DNA from: Anaerolineae bacterium
GTDB lineage: Bacteria; Chloroflexota; Anaerolineae; B4-G1; DUEL01
Direction: 5' to 3'
NCBI GenBank assembly: GCA_041082215.1
Contig: JBDOIF010000154.1
Coordinates: 62,001 to 84,410, forward strand
DNA: 22,410 bases
A program made the position numbers and the translations under genes. The first letter of the stretch is position 1. The number at the start of each line of letters is the position of its first letter. This document shows, piece after piece, positions 1 to 7,078 of this stretch. The notes under the pieces are model-generated. The model had not been told where the DNA came from. It did not search any database and worked only from the letters and a program-made list of their open reading frames with translations.

Positions 1-433
1 TTGGCCGCAGGATTGTCTCCTGAGGGGTGTTCTCCTTCGGCGTCTCCGGCCCAAAGGCGGCGATGGAGCTGGGGCAGAAGACGCGCACCATTCCCCGCTC
101 CCGCGCCACCTCCAGGACGTTGTACAGGCCATTGATGTTGACATTCCAGGCCAGGTGGGGATTCTGTTCACCGGTGGCCGAGAGGATGGCGGCCATATGG
201 TAGACGGTGTCAATATCGTATCTGTCCACCACCGCCTCAATGGCCTCCCGCCGGGTCACGTCAATGAACTCAAACGGACCCGAGTCCCGCAGCGCCGGAG
301 GGGGCTGTGTCCTGTGGCCGGCAGCGACGACGTTCTCGCCCCCATATCGTTCCCGCAGCGCCAGGGTCAATTCCGAGCCGATCTGACCACAGGCACCGGT
401 GACAAGAATGCGCTTCATCTCACGTGTGGACAT
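1..433 (-). CDS. NAD-dependent epimerase/dehydratase family protein, SDR-type L-threonine 3-dehydrogenase-like (3' end runs off the window)
   Basis: Manual translation of the minus strand from ATG 433 (or 418): MSTREMKRILVTGACGQIGSELTLALRERYGGENVVAAG...YHMAAILSATGEQNPHLAWNVNINGLYNVLEVARERG...FCPSSIAAFGPETP. It has the GxxGxxG Rossmann motif and the HxAAILSA-GE and PSSIAAFG motifs of SDR threonine dehydrogenases. Not in the ORF track because it is truncated. Confidence 0.88.
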   Translation of the reverse strand, partial: MSTREMKRILVTGACGQIGSELTLALRERYGGENVVAAGHRTQPPPALRDSGPFEFIDVTRREAIEAVVDRYDIDTVYHMAAILSATGEQNPHLAWNVNINGLYNVLEVARERGMVRVFCPSSIAAFGPETPKENTPQETILRP

Positions 434-476
434 GGTCTCACTCCTTATTGCTAGCGACTTGTTGCTGGCTGCCTGC

Positions 477-1592
477 TCAGTGCTGGGGGCATCCCAACTG
501 CCCGCGCATCTGTCCTGCCTGCTCTGCCCATTCAGAGGGTGGGGAGAGGGCCAGGAAGTGGTCAAGGGCACTGCAAGCCTCCTCCCCCCGCCCCAGCATC
601 GCATATGCCTGCCCCAGCGCAAACCACGCCTCCGGCGAATCGGGCTCCTGCTCCAGCGCCTGATTCAGGGGATCCAGCGCGGCTGCCGGGTTCCCCTCAA
701 CCAGATGGAGGTTCCCCAGCCCGATGAGCGGCTCCGGCATGCCGGGGCATAGCTCCAGCGCTGCCTCGAACTCCGCCTGGGCCTTCCTCAACCCGTCGGC
801 GTCGGGCACGCCGACCGGCGTCTCGGGGAGCGCCCGGGCCAGATAGACTGCGCCGAGCTGGTAGTGGGAAAGGGGATCATCGGGGTCCCCCTCCACAGCC
901 GCCCGCAGGTCCTCCAGCGCGCGGTCCATATCCCCGAGCCGGTAGGCGACGGCGCCCCGGTTGTGGCGGGCCGCCACGTTATCGGGGTCCAGCCGAAGCA
1001 CGGCGTCGAACTCCTGAAGGGCCAGCTCCAGCCGGCCTTGCTCCGCATACATCTGCCCCAACCAGAAATGGGCCAGCCTGTGCTCGGGGTCCATCGTCAC
1101 CGCACTCTGGAAGGACTGGAGGGCCTGCTCAACCCGGCCCAGCTCGTAATAGGCCCGGCCGAGCCAGAAGTGGGCGTCGGCGTCGCCAGGAGTGGCTCGA
1201 GCGACGGATTCCAGCACAGAGAGCGCCTGATCCCGCGCTTCCCCGTCCCCCTTCCCGGCATAGACCTTGAGGAGCCAGAAGCGGCCCTCCGGCCCTCCCC
1301 GGCCTGCCGCCACCGCCGCCTCCAGGTCGGAAAGGACACGGGCAGCCCCCTCTCCATCTCCGCTGCGGCTGTGGGCCTCGTAGAGCCAGTAGTACGCTTC
1401 CACCAGGTCCGCATCCGCTGCCAGCGCCTTTTCCAGGTCGGCAATCGCCTCGGCGTACCGGTCCGCCCCGGAACAACTGCTGGCCTCCACAAGCCGCCGC
1501 CCGCTGCGCAACAGATCAACCCCGGTCCCCTCGGGGCGACAGGCGATCAGAAAGGTCAGAAGGGCTGCAAGGACAAACCACCGGCGTCCCAC
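477..1592 (-). CDS. Tetratricopeptide-repeat protein, probable lipoprotein
   Basis: 371-aa ORF with repeated TPR units (AHFWLGRAYYELGRVEQALQSFQSAVTMDP, AHFWLGQMYAEQG, AWFALGQAYAMLG). The N-terminus MGRRWFVLAALLTFLIAC looks like a signal peptide with a lipobox. Confidence 0.88.
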   Translation of the reverse strand: MGRRWFVLAALLTFLIACRPEGTGVDLLRSGRRLVEASSCSGADRYAEAIADLEKALAADADLVEAYYWLYEAHSRSGDGEGAARVLSDLEAAVAAGRGGPEGRFWLLKVYAGKGDGEARDQALSVLESVARATPGDADAHFWLGRAYYELGRVEQALQSFQSAVTMDPEHRLAHFWLGQMYAEQGRLELALQEFDAVLRLDPDNVAARHNRGAVAYRLGDMDRALEDLRAAVEGDPDDPLSHYQLGAVYLARALPETPVGVPDADGLRKAQAEFEAALELCPGMPEPLIGLGNLHLVEGNPAAALDPLNQALEQEPDSPEAWFALGQAYAMLGRGEEACSALDHFLALSPPSEWAEQAGQMRGQLGCPQH

Positions 1593-1601
1593 GTTTCCCT
1601 C

Positions 1602-2246
1602 CTATATCAGGCGAGGGGCCAGCACCACGATCTCCGTCTCCTCAGGCAGATGGCCCGGGCTGACCTTCAGGCTCTCTTTGGGCTCGATGTCCTCGATCCC
1701 CATCTCTTTGAGAAAGCGGTTCAGCGTCCCCAGCCGGATGTTCAGGCCGGGGAGCTTGTAGCGCATCGGGATGATGATGGAAGGTTCCAGCAGGCTGGCC
1801 ACCTCCGAGGCCTGGGCAGGCGTCAGTCCCCCATCGCCGCCCACAGGGACCAGCAACACGTCCACCGTGCCCAGCGCTTCGATCTGCGCCTGAGCAGGGA
1901 CGTGGCCCAGGTACCCCAGGTGGCATACGGTCAGGCCGTCGTAGTCGAAATGGAAGATCGTGTTGAGGCCGCGGGCTGCCCCCTTTTTCGCATCCGCATA
2001 AGTGGGGATAGCGGTGATAAAAACACCCCCGATCTCATATTCGCCGGGGGTATCCAGAACCCGAAAGGGGCCGCGCACGCCGCGGGTATAGTTACATTCC
2101 GGCGTGTCACAGCTAATCGTGACGATATCCGCCTTTGGACGGGGGAGGGTTAATCCCACGACGGGATCGTAGGGGTCAGTGACGACAGAGGCCATCCCAC
2201 GCTCTGCCAGCCGGAAACAGTTGAGGCCATACCAGGTGATCTCCAT
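1602..2246 (-). CDS. MBL-fold (beta-lactamase_B_3-type) protein with degenerate metal-binding motifs
   Basis: Likely start is ATG 2246 (MEITWYG), preceded by GGAGG. It contains TDPY, PGEYEIGGVFI, HLGxLGH, DVLLVPVGG and IIPMxY, typical of this family. The upstream part of the 1602..2396 ORF is just a translated palindrome. Confidence 0.82.
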   Translation of the reverse strand: MEITWYGLNCFRLAERGMASVVTDPYDPVVGLTLPRPKADIVTISCDTPECNYTRGVRGPFRVLDTPGEYEIGGVFITAIPTYADAKKGAARGLNTIFHFDYDGLTVCHLGYLGHVPAQAQIEALGTVDVLLVPVGGDGGLTPAQASEVASLLEPSIIIPMRYKLPGLNIRLGTLNRFLKEMGIEDIEPKESLKVSPGHLPEETEIVVLAPRLI

Positions 2247-2305
2247 AGGCCCTCCGTGCGTTGTTTGACTGTAACTGCCTACCCCAGGGGTTAATCGCTC
2301 CGCCT

Positions 2306-2385
2306 GGCCCTCACCCCACCCCCTGGCCCACTCCCCTCTCCCGCACGGCAGGAGAGGGGGGAGGGCAGGGGGTGGGGGGAGGGCC
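2306..2385. repeat. Roughly 80-bp imperfect palindrome (C-rich arm and G-rich arm), REP-like element
   Basis: Left arm ggccctcaccccaccccctggcccactcccctctcc (2306-2341) pairs with right arm ggagaggggggagggcagggggtggggggagggcc (2351-2385) around a 9-nt loop. Confidence 0.8.
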
Positions 2386-2422
2386 CAAACTATCACCAGG
2401 TAGGTAGTTACGTTTGATTTTG

Positions 2423-2451
2423 ATTATACCCGATTCAGCTTACAGCGCCAA
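2423..2451 (-). promoter_or_regulatory. Putative sigma70 promoter for the MBL/TPR/SDR genes
   Basis: Minus strand reads TTGGCG (2451-2446), 17 nt, TATAAT (2428-2423). Confidence 0.55.
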
Positions 2452-2572
2452 CATTCTGCTCCGCTGAGAACGCTGAGGATTCTCTGCGCCTCTATACCCC
2501 CGTTTGCGAACACTGGCGATCACTTTGTTGCTTACCTGCCAAACTGTTACAGACTCTCCCTCCGCAGTTTTA

Positions 2573-2601
2573 TTGACAGGCGCTCAAAAACATGCTATTT
2601 T
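2573..2601 (+). promoter_or_regulatory. Putative sigma70 promoter of the radical SAM operon
   Basis: TTGACA (2573-2578), 17 nt, TATTTT (2596-2601) with an extended -10 TGn. GAGGA RBS at 2636-2640 precedes GTG 2647. Confidence 0.7.
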
Positions 2602-2646
2602 ATTTTTGTAAGGGTTGGGTACCGATCGTCAACTTGAGGAATCAAA

Positions 2647-3999
2647 GTGTTTCTGGTTCCTGTTGCCGACCGCTTCTTATTCTACGCGCCTCTCGACAGC
2701 CTGATCGTCCTGATTGATCGTACTGCAGCACGGCAACTTCGCCGGTATCTCGACTGCCGACAACCGGTTACTCAGGGACCCCTCCAGGAGATCGTCCAGG
2801 CCCTTGATCCCGCGCGTGAGCTTCCTTTGCCCCGGCAGGGTGATTTTGTCCCCTCGTTTCTGGGCCTGTTGCCCACCCGGGGATGCAACCTGGCCTGCCG
2901 CTACTGTGGCTTCGCTGTAGGGGAGGAGCCTCAGCAGAGGATGAGCCTGGAACTGGCCCGTGATGCGGTGAACTGGTACCTCGACACCGTCCAGCGTGCC
3001 GGCGGGAAGCACGCTGAAATCCATTTCTTTGGCGGTGAACCCTTCTACGCCCCTGAGGTGGTTGACTTTGCTGTCCATCTGGGCCGTACCCGTGCCCGTG
3101 AGGCTGGCCTCACTGTCCGCTTCGAGGTCGCCACCAACGGCGTTTTCGACGAGAGACGCTGCCGCTGGATCGCCGACAACCTGGACGCGGTCGTTCTCTC
3201 GCTGGATGGGCCGCCCGATGTTCAGGCGTTGCACCGACCCTACAGGGACGGCCGCAGCAGCGCCGAGGTGGTCGAGCGGACGGCGGAGATGCTCTCCGAG
3301 GGGCCGGCTGCTCTCTATCTACGTGCATGCGTGACCGACGCTACGGTCGAGCGCATGCCGGAGATCGCCGCCTGGTTCTGCGAGCGGTTTCGCCCCGCCG
3401 GTGTTTGCTTCGAACCCCTGCAACCGCCGACGCCGCCCGCCAGGGCGCCTTTCGAGCCGCCCGATCCGTGGGCGTTCGGGCGTGCCTTTGTCCTGGCCGC
3501 CCGCATCCTGGAGGCTCATGGCATCGAGGCAGTCTATGCTGCCGCCGACATCCATACCCGGCGGACCAGCTTCTGTCCGGTGGGCCAGGATACCGCCATC
3601 GTCTCGCCCGATGGCACGATCAGCGCCTGCTACCTCCTGCCGCGGGACTGGGAAATGCGGGGCCTCGACCTGCGCCTGGGGCGTATAGCCGGGGGGCAGG
3701 TCCATCTGGACAGGGCGGCCGTCGCCGCTGCCCGCGCGCTGAATGTGTACAACAAACCCCACTGCGCCCGCTGCTTTTGCCGCTGGCACTGCGCGGGCGG
3801 CTGCCACGTCAACCACGGGCCAACTGGCCCCAACGGCGCCTACGACCGGCTCTGTATCCAGACGCGACTGATCGCGCTGCGCAACCTGCTCCAGGCCCTT
3901 GACCAGGAGCCCCTGTTTGACGCATGGCTCCAGGACCCATCAGCGGTCAAACGGGCTATCCTTCAGCCCTCCGACCGGCTGCTCGACGTCGAGGTGTGA
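2647..3999 (+). CDS. Radical SAM/SPASM domain peptide or protein maturase (paralog 1)
   Basis: CNLACRYC, FFGGEP, ATNG and LSLDG motifs. SPASM cysteines FCPVG...ISACY...CARCFCRWHCAGGC...LC. Roughly 65-aa N-terminal extension that may be an RRE. Confidence 0.92.
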   Translation: MFLVPVADRFLFYAPLDSLIVLIDRTAARQLRRYLDCRQPVTQGPLQEIVQALDPARELPLPRQGDFVPSFLGLLPTRGCNLACRYCGFAVGEEPQQRMSLELARDAVNWYLDTVQRAGGKHAEIHFFGGEPFYAPEVVDFAVHLGRTRAREAGLTVRFEVATNGVFDERRCRWIADNLDAVVLSLDGPPDVQALHRPYRDGRSSAEVVERTAEMLSEGPAALYLRACVTDATVERMPEIAAWFCERFRPAGVCFEPLQPPTPPARAPFEPPDPWAFGRAFVLAARILEAHGIEAVYAAADIHTRRTSFCPVGQDTAIVSPDGTISACYLLPRDWEMRGLDLRLGRIAGGQVHLDRAAVAAARALNVYNKPHCARCFCRWHCAGGCHVNHGPTGPNGAYDRLCIQTRLIALRNLLQALDQEPLFDAWLQDPSAVKRAILQPSDRLLDVEV

Positions 4000-4001
4000 G
4001 G

Positions 4002-4268
4002 TTGACCAGATACCGCTGTGTTCCATCGCTTGTCTGGGTTCAGGACGCCGGGCGGGTCCTGCTGGTGGACCAGGAGACGCTTCAGGCATGGACCCTGGAA
4101 GGAGCCGAGGCCGCGGCCTGGGACCTTCTGGCGTTGGGTTACCCGGCAGAGCGGGTTGTTGCGATGCTGGCGTTGCTCCTCGACGTGCCCGCCGGGCAGG
4201 CCGCTTCCTTTCTCGAAGGGAGATTGGCCGCCTGGCTTGAGGTCGGCATGCTGCAAGAGGGGAAATAA
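4002..4268 (+). CDS. Stand-alone PqqD-like / RiPP recognition element (RRE) protein
   Basis: 88 aa from TTG 4002 (GAGGTG RBS; alternative GTG 3996). Three short beta strands (LVWVQD, RVLLVD, AWTL) followed by EGAEAAAWDLL and helices ending WLEVGML, which is the PqqD winged-helix pattern. Confidence 0.72.
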   Translation: MTRYRCVPSLVWVQDAGRVLLVDQETLQAWTLEGAEAAAWDLLALGYPAERVVAMLALLLDVPAGQAASFLEGRLAAWLEVGMLQEGK

Positions 4269-4273
4269 TCTGA

Positions 4274-5290
4274 ATGGCAAACCTCGTCATCAGCGCCATT
4301 TGTAACCGTACCTGTGCCTATTGCTTCACCCGCGACCATTACGAGGATAACGGCGGTGGGGCAGTGTTCCTCGATCTGGATGGCTTTGAGGCCCGGCTGG
4401 ATTTCCTGGACCGCTCCGGCATTGACCAGGCGCGCCTGATCGGCGGCGAGCCAACCCTGCACCCTGACTTCCCCCTCCTGGTCGAGCGGGCCAGGGCGCG
4501 GGGCAAGACGGTGATCGTTTTCTCCAACGGTTTGATGCCTGAACCGGCCCTGGCCTGCCTGGAGGCGCTGCCCGGCGACGCCTGCAGCGTGCTTGTCAAT
4601 GTCAATGCGCCAGAGGATATGGGGGCCAGTACCTTCCAGCAGTTGTGCGCCACGCTCCGCCGCCTGGGCCAAAAGGCTACGCCGGGTCTGAATATCTACC
4701 GCGTGGACCTGGAGCTGGCTTTTCTTCTCAACCTCGTCGGCGAGACGGGCTGTCGGCCTGTCATCCGCCTGGGCCTGGCCCATCCCTGCCTCTCCGGCAG
4801 CAACCGCTTCGTCCGGCCACACCAGTACGTTGCCATCGGCAGGCGGATTGTCCACTTTGCCCGTCGCGCCGCCGGGGCTGGCATCAGAGTCGAGTTCGAC
4901 TGCGGCTTCGTCCCGTGCATGTTCTCCCCGCCCGACCTGGAGGCCCTTCGGGCGCTGGGCGCCAGTGCAGCCTGGAAGTGCAACCCTATTCTGGACATTG
5001 ACCTGGAGGGACGGGCCATCTACTGTTTCCCCCTCTCCCGTCTGGGCTACCTGCCGCTCACTCCCCAGGCCAATGCGGAAAAGCTGCGGCGGTCTTTCGA
5101 GGCCCGCGTCCAGCCCTACCGTCGGGCCGGCGTCTTTGTCGAGTGCTCAACCTGCCCCCTCAAGCGATCCGGGGAATGCCCGGGAGGCTGTCTTTCTGCA
5201 ACGGTCCGCCGCTTCCGCCACACGCCTTTCTGCGTTACAATATCGGATCAGGAGCTACAGGGTGAGCACCTGGGTCATTCCTTACATTGA
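4274..5290 (+). CDS. Radical SAM protein with C-terminal SPASM-like Cys cluster and no N-terminal RRE
   Basis: CNRTCAYC right at the N-terminus, IGGEPTLHP, FSNG, then FDCGFVPC and KCNPILDIDLEGRAIYCF...CSTCPLKRSGECPGGC. Confidence 0.9.
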   Translation: MANLVISAICNRTCAYCFTRDHYEDNGGGAVFLDLDGFEARLDFLDRSGIDQARLIGGEPTLHPDFPLLVERARARGKTVIVFSNGLMPEPALACLEALPGDACSVLVNVNAPEDMGASTFQQLCATLRRLGQKATPGLNIYRVDLELAFLLNLVGETGCRPVIRLGLAHPCLSGSNRFVRPHQYVAIGRRIVHFARRAAGAGIRVEFDCGFVPCMFSPPDLEALRALGASAAWKCNPILDIDLEGRAIYCFPLSRLGYLPLTPQANAEKLRRSFEARVQPYRRAGVFVECSTCPLKRSGECPGGCLSATVRRFRHTPFCVTISDQELQGEHLGHSLH

Positions 5291-6197
5291 TCAGACCCCC
5301 GCTTTCTGGGAGGAACTGGCGGAGCAGTTTGGCGCGCATATTAAGGAAGTTTATTTCCCTCCGCCTGCCGGAGCCTTCGCCACCGGGCGCAGCCCTCAGC
5401 CAGCCGAGCACCTGGAACAGTTCCTGCGTTATGCCCCGCTGCCCAAAGCTGTGCTCCTCAACCCGATCGTCCTGCCACGGCCGGCCAGGGAAATCGCCCC
5501 CGCTGTGCTTGCCTTGCTGGGGCAGTTGTATGAGATGTACGGCGTCTCGAGCGTTACGGTAACCGATCCCACCCTGGCCTGTTGCATCCGCGAGGCATAT
5601 CCCCACTTTCGCATCGCTGCCTCCGTCCTGATGCGCATTGCCCGACCGGCGCAGTTGCTGGCGATTGAAGCCTGTGTGGACGCCATCACCCCCGATAACG
5701 CGCTGGTCCGTGACCTGGCGGGGCTGCGGCAACTCCGCGCCGCTTTTTCGGGCGAGATCCGTCTGCTGGTCAACGAGGCCTGCCTGCCAGGCTGCCTTTA
5801 CCGGACCCAGCACTTTTACGAGATGGGCTATGGTGACTTTTTCGCCCAATCGCTCTGTCAGCCACTGCTGAGGGCCCACCCGTGGCTGCGCCTGACAGGG
5901 GCCTGGATTCTGCCGCGCCATCTGGTCTACTACGACGGCCTCTACGACACCCTCAAGCTCGCCGGCCGGGTCACCCTGCAGGACCCCCGGCGGTATCTGA
6001 CTGTACTGGGCGCCTACATCCGCCGCGAGCCGATCCTGCCGTGCGAAATCGGCGGCGGGCCGGCCTCATTGCTGGAGCCCATTGATATACCCGACGAACT
6101 CTTTACCTACATTCTGCACTGCGACAAGAACTGCCACGATTGTTCAGTCTGTCGTGACTATTACGATCTCGCAACTGCCGGTGGAGGAAAGCCATGA
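5262..6197 (+). CDS. Peptidase U32 family Fe-S protein (putative O2-independent hydroxylase/oxidase)
   Basis: Start GTG 5262 after CAGGAG. U32-like features: VLLN, VTVTDP, ASV, EIRLLVNEACLPGCLYR..H...C, WILP and LKLAGR (compare KIEGR). Extra C-terminal CDKNCHDCSVC. Confidence 0.72.
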   Translation: MSTWVIPYIDQTPAFWEELAEQFGAHIKEVYFPPPAGAFATGRSPQPAEHLEQFLRYAPLPKAVLLNPIVLPRPAREIAPAVLALLGQLYEMYGVSSVTVTDPTLACCIREAYPHFRIAASVLMRIARPAQLLAIEACVDAITPDNALVRDLAGLRQLRAAFSGEIRLLVNEACLPGCLYRTQHFYEMGYGDFFAQSLCQPLLRAHPWLRLTGAWILPRHLVYYDGLYDTLKLAGRVTLQDPRRYLTVLGAYIRREPILPCEIGGGPASLLEPIDIPDELFTYILHCDKNCHDCSVCRDYYDLATAGGGKP

Positions 6198-7075
6198 AAG
6201 AGAAAGAGTTAGAAGAGGGACCACTGGAGCAAGCGGAGGCCGAACCCCAGGTCTATGCCGTCAACAAAGATGCAAACGGCGCATGGAAGTTCAGCCGGCG
6301 GGACTTTTTGGCCCTGGCCGGGGGGGCTGTGGCAGCCCTCGTCGCCGGAGCAACACCCGGCTGCACCGGCCGGCAAGCGCCTGCCTCTACGCCGACCAGT
6401 GCACCTCCCCCCACTTCAACCAGCACCCCCACGAACACTCCGACTCAGACTCCCGTCAAGACCCCAACGCCCTCTCCCACTCCATTAGAGAAGGCAACCC
6501 CCACCCTGACCCCCACGCCGCAGACCCCCAGCGCCGCGTTCGTCGCCGATGTCACGATCCCCGATGGTACGGTGATGATGCCGGGCCAGTCCTTCACCAA
6601 AACCTGGCGGCTGGTCAATAACGGCGAGGTCAACTGGGGCGAGGGGACCCAGCTGGTCTTTTCCAGCGGCACCCAGATGGGTGGGGAAAGCCCTGTCCCC
6701 GTCCCCGACACTGCGCCTGGCCAGACGGTTGACATCAGCGTGGATATGGTAGCTCCGACGACGGTGGGCGACTATACCGGCAACTGGACGCTGGTTGCCG
6801 GAGACGGCACCAGGATGATCACCATCTACGTCAAGATCGCTGTTCGGCTGCCCGGCCAGCCTGGCGAGGTGCCAGCCGGCGAGACCGGCATCAATATGAC
6901 AGGGCCGGGCGGCGAGGTACGCCATCTACCCTGTGGCTCGCCCATTCCACCCGGCTGGACCTGCGTCTGCAACTGTGTGACCGTGCCTGCGCCCTGCTCC
7001 TGCGACACCGTCTGCACCTGCGTCGGCTACACTACCTGCACCTGCGACACAATCCATTACTGGTATCCGAACTGA
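6194..7075 (+). CDS. Putative modification substrate 1: Tat signal (possible lipoprotein), Pro/Thr linker, NBR1-Ig-like domain, Cys-rich tail ending HYWYPN
   Basis: FSRRDFL plus hydrophobic stretch plus TPGC (Cys57). PT-rich linker. FVADVTIPDGT..PGQSFTKTWRLVNNG..W..APGQTVDISVDMVAP..G.Y.G.W matches NBR1-Ig-like domains. Ten Cys in the last 47 aa. Confidence 0.85.
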   Translation: MKEKELEEGPLEQAEAEPQVYAVNKDANGAWKFSRRDFLALAGGAVAALVAGATPGCTGRQAPASTPTSAPPPTSTSTPTNTPTQTPVKTPTPSPTPLEKATPTLTPTPQTPSAAFVADVTIPDGTVMMPGQSFTKTWRLVNNGEVNWGEGTQLVFSSGTQMGGESPVPVPDTAPGQTVDISVDMVAPTTVGDYTGNWTLVAGDGTRMITIYVKIAVRLPGQPGEVPAGETGINMTGPGGEVRHLPCGSPIPPGWTCVCNCVTVPAPCSCDTVCTCVGYTTCTCDTIHYWYPN

Positions 7076-7078
7076 CGG

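Noticed and set aside
864..2153. 429-aa plus-strand ORF
   Set aside because: Antisense shadow of the TPR and MBL genes with no recognisable motifs. Long shadow ORFs are expected at this GC content.
2247..2396. N-terminal extension of the MBL ORF (MIVWALPPPP...)
   Set aside because: It is a translation of the palindromic repeat. The family-typical start MEITWYG with a GGAGG RBS is at 2246.
2461..2493. ccgctgagaacgctgag...ctctgcgcctct, a possible degenerate short repeat or hairpin
   Set aside because: Too short and imperfect to assign from a single copy.
2390..2646. Mobile-element boundary for the cluster
   Set aside because: No integrase, transposase, tRNA or flanking direct repeat was seen. 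The AT-rich stretch is explained by divergent promoters.
4830..5261. N-terminal 144 aa of the 4830..6197 ORF
   Set aside because: Overlaps the radical SAM gene and has low-complexity composition. GTG 5262 with an RBS is the better start.
5262..6197. U32 protein as the leader peptidase or a collagenase
   Set aside because: Characterised U32 proteins with these Cys motifs are Fe-S hydroxylation factors, and the Tat signal would already provide cleavage. Not strictly excluded.
7073..7075. TGA after HYWYPN as selenocysteine
   Set aside because: No SECIS-like hairpin was recognised, and in substrate 2 the equivalent TGA overlaps an out-of-frame ATG, consistent with a true stop.
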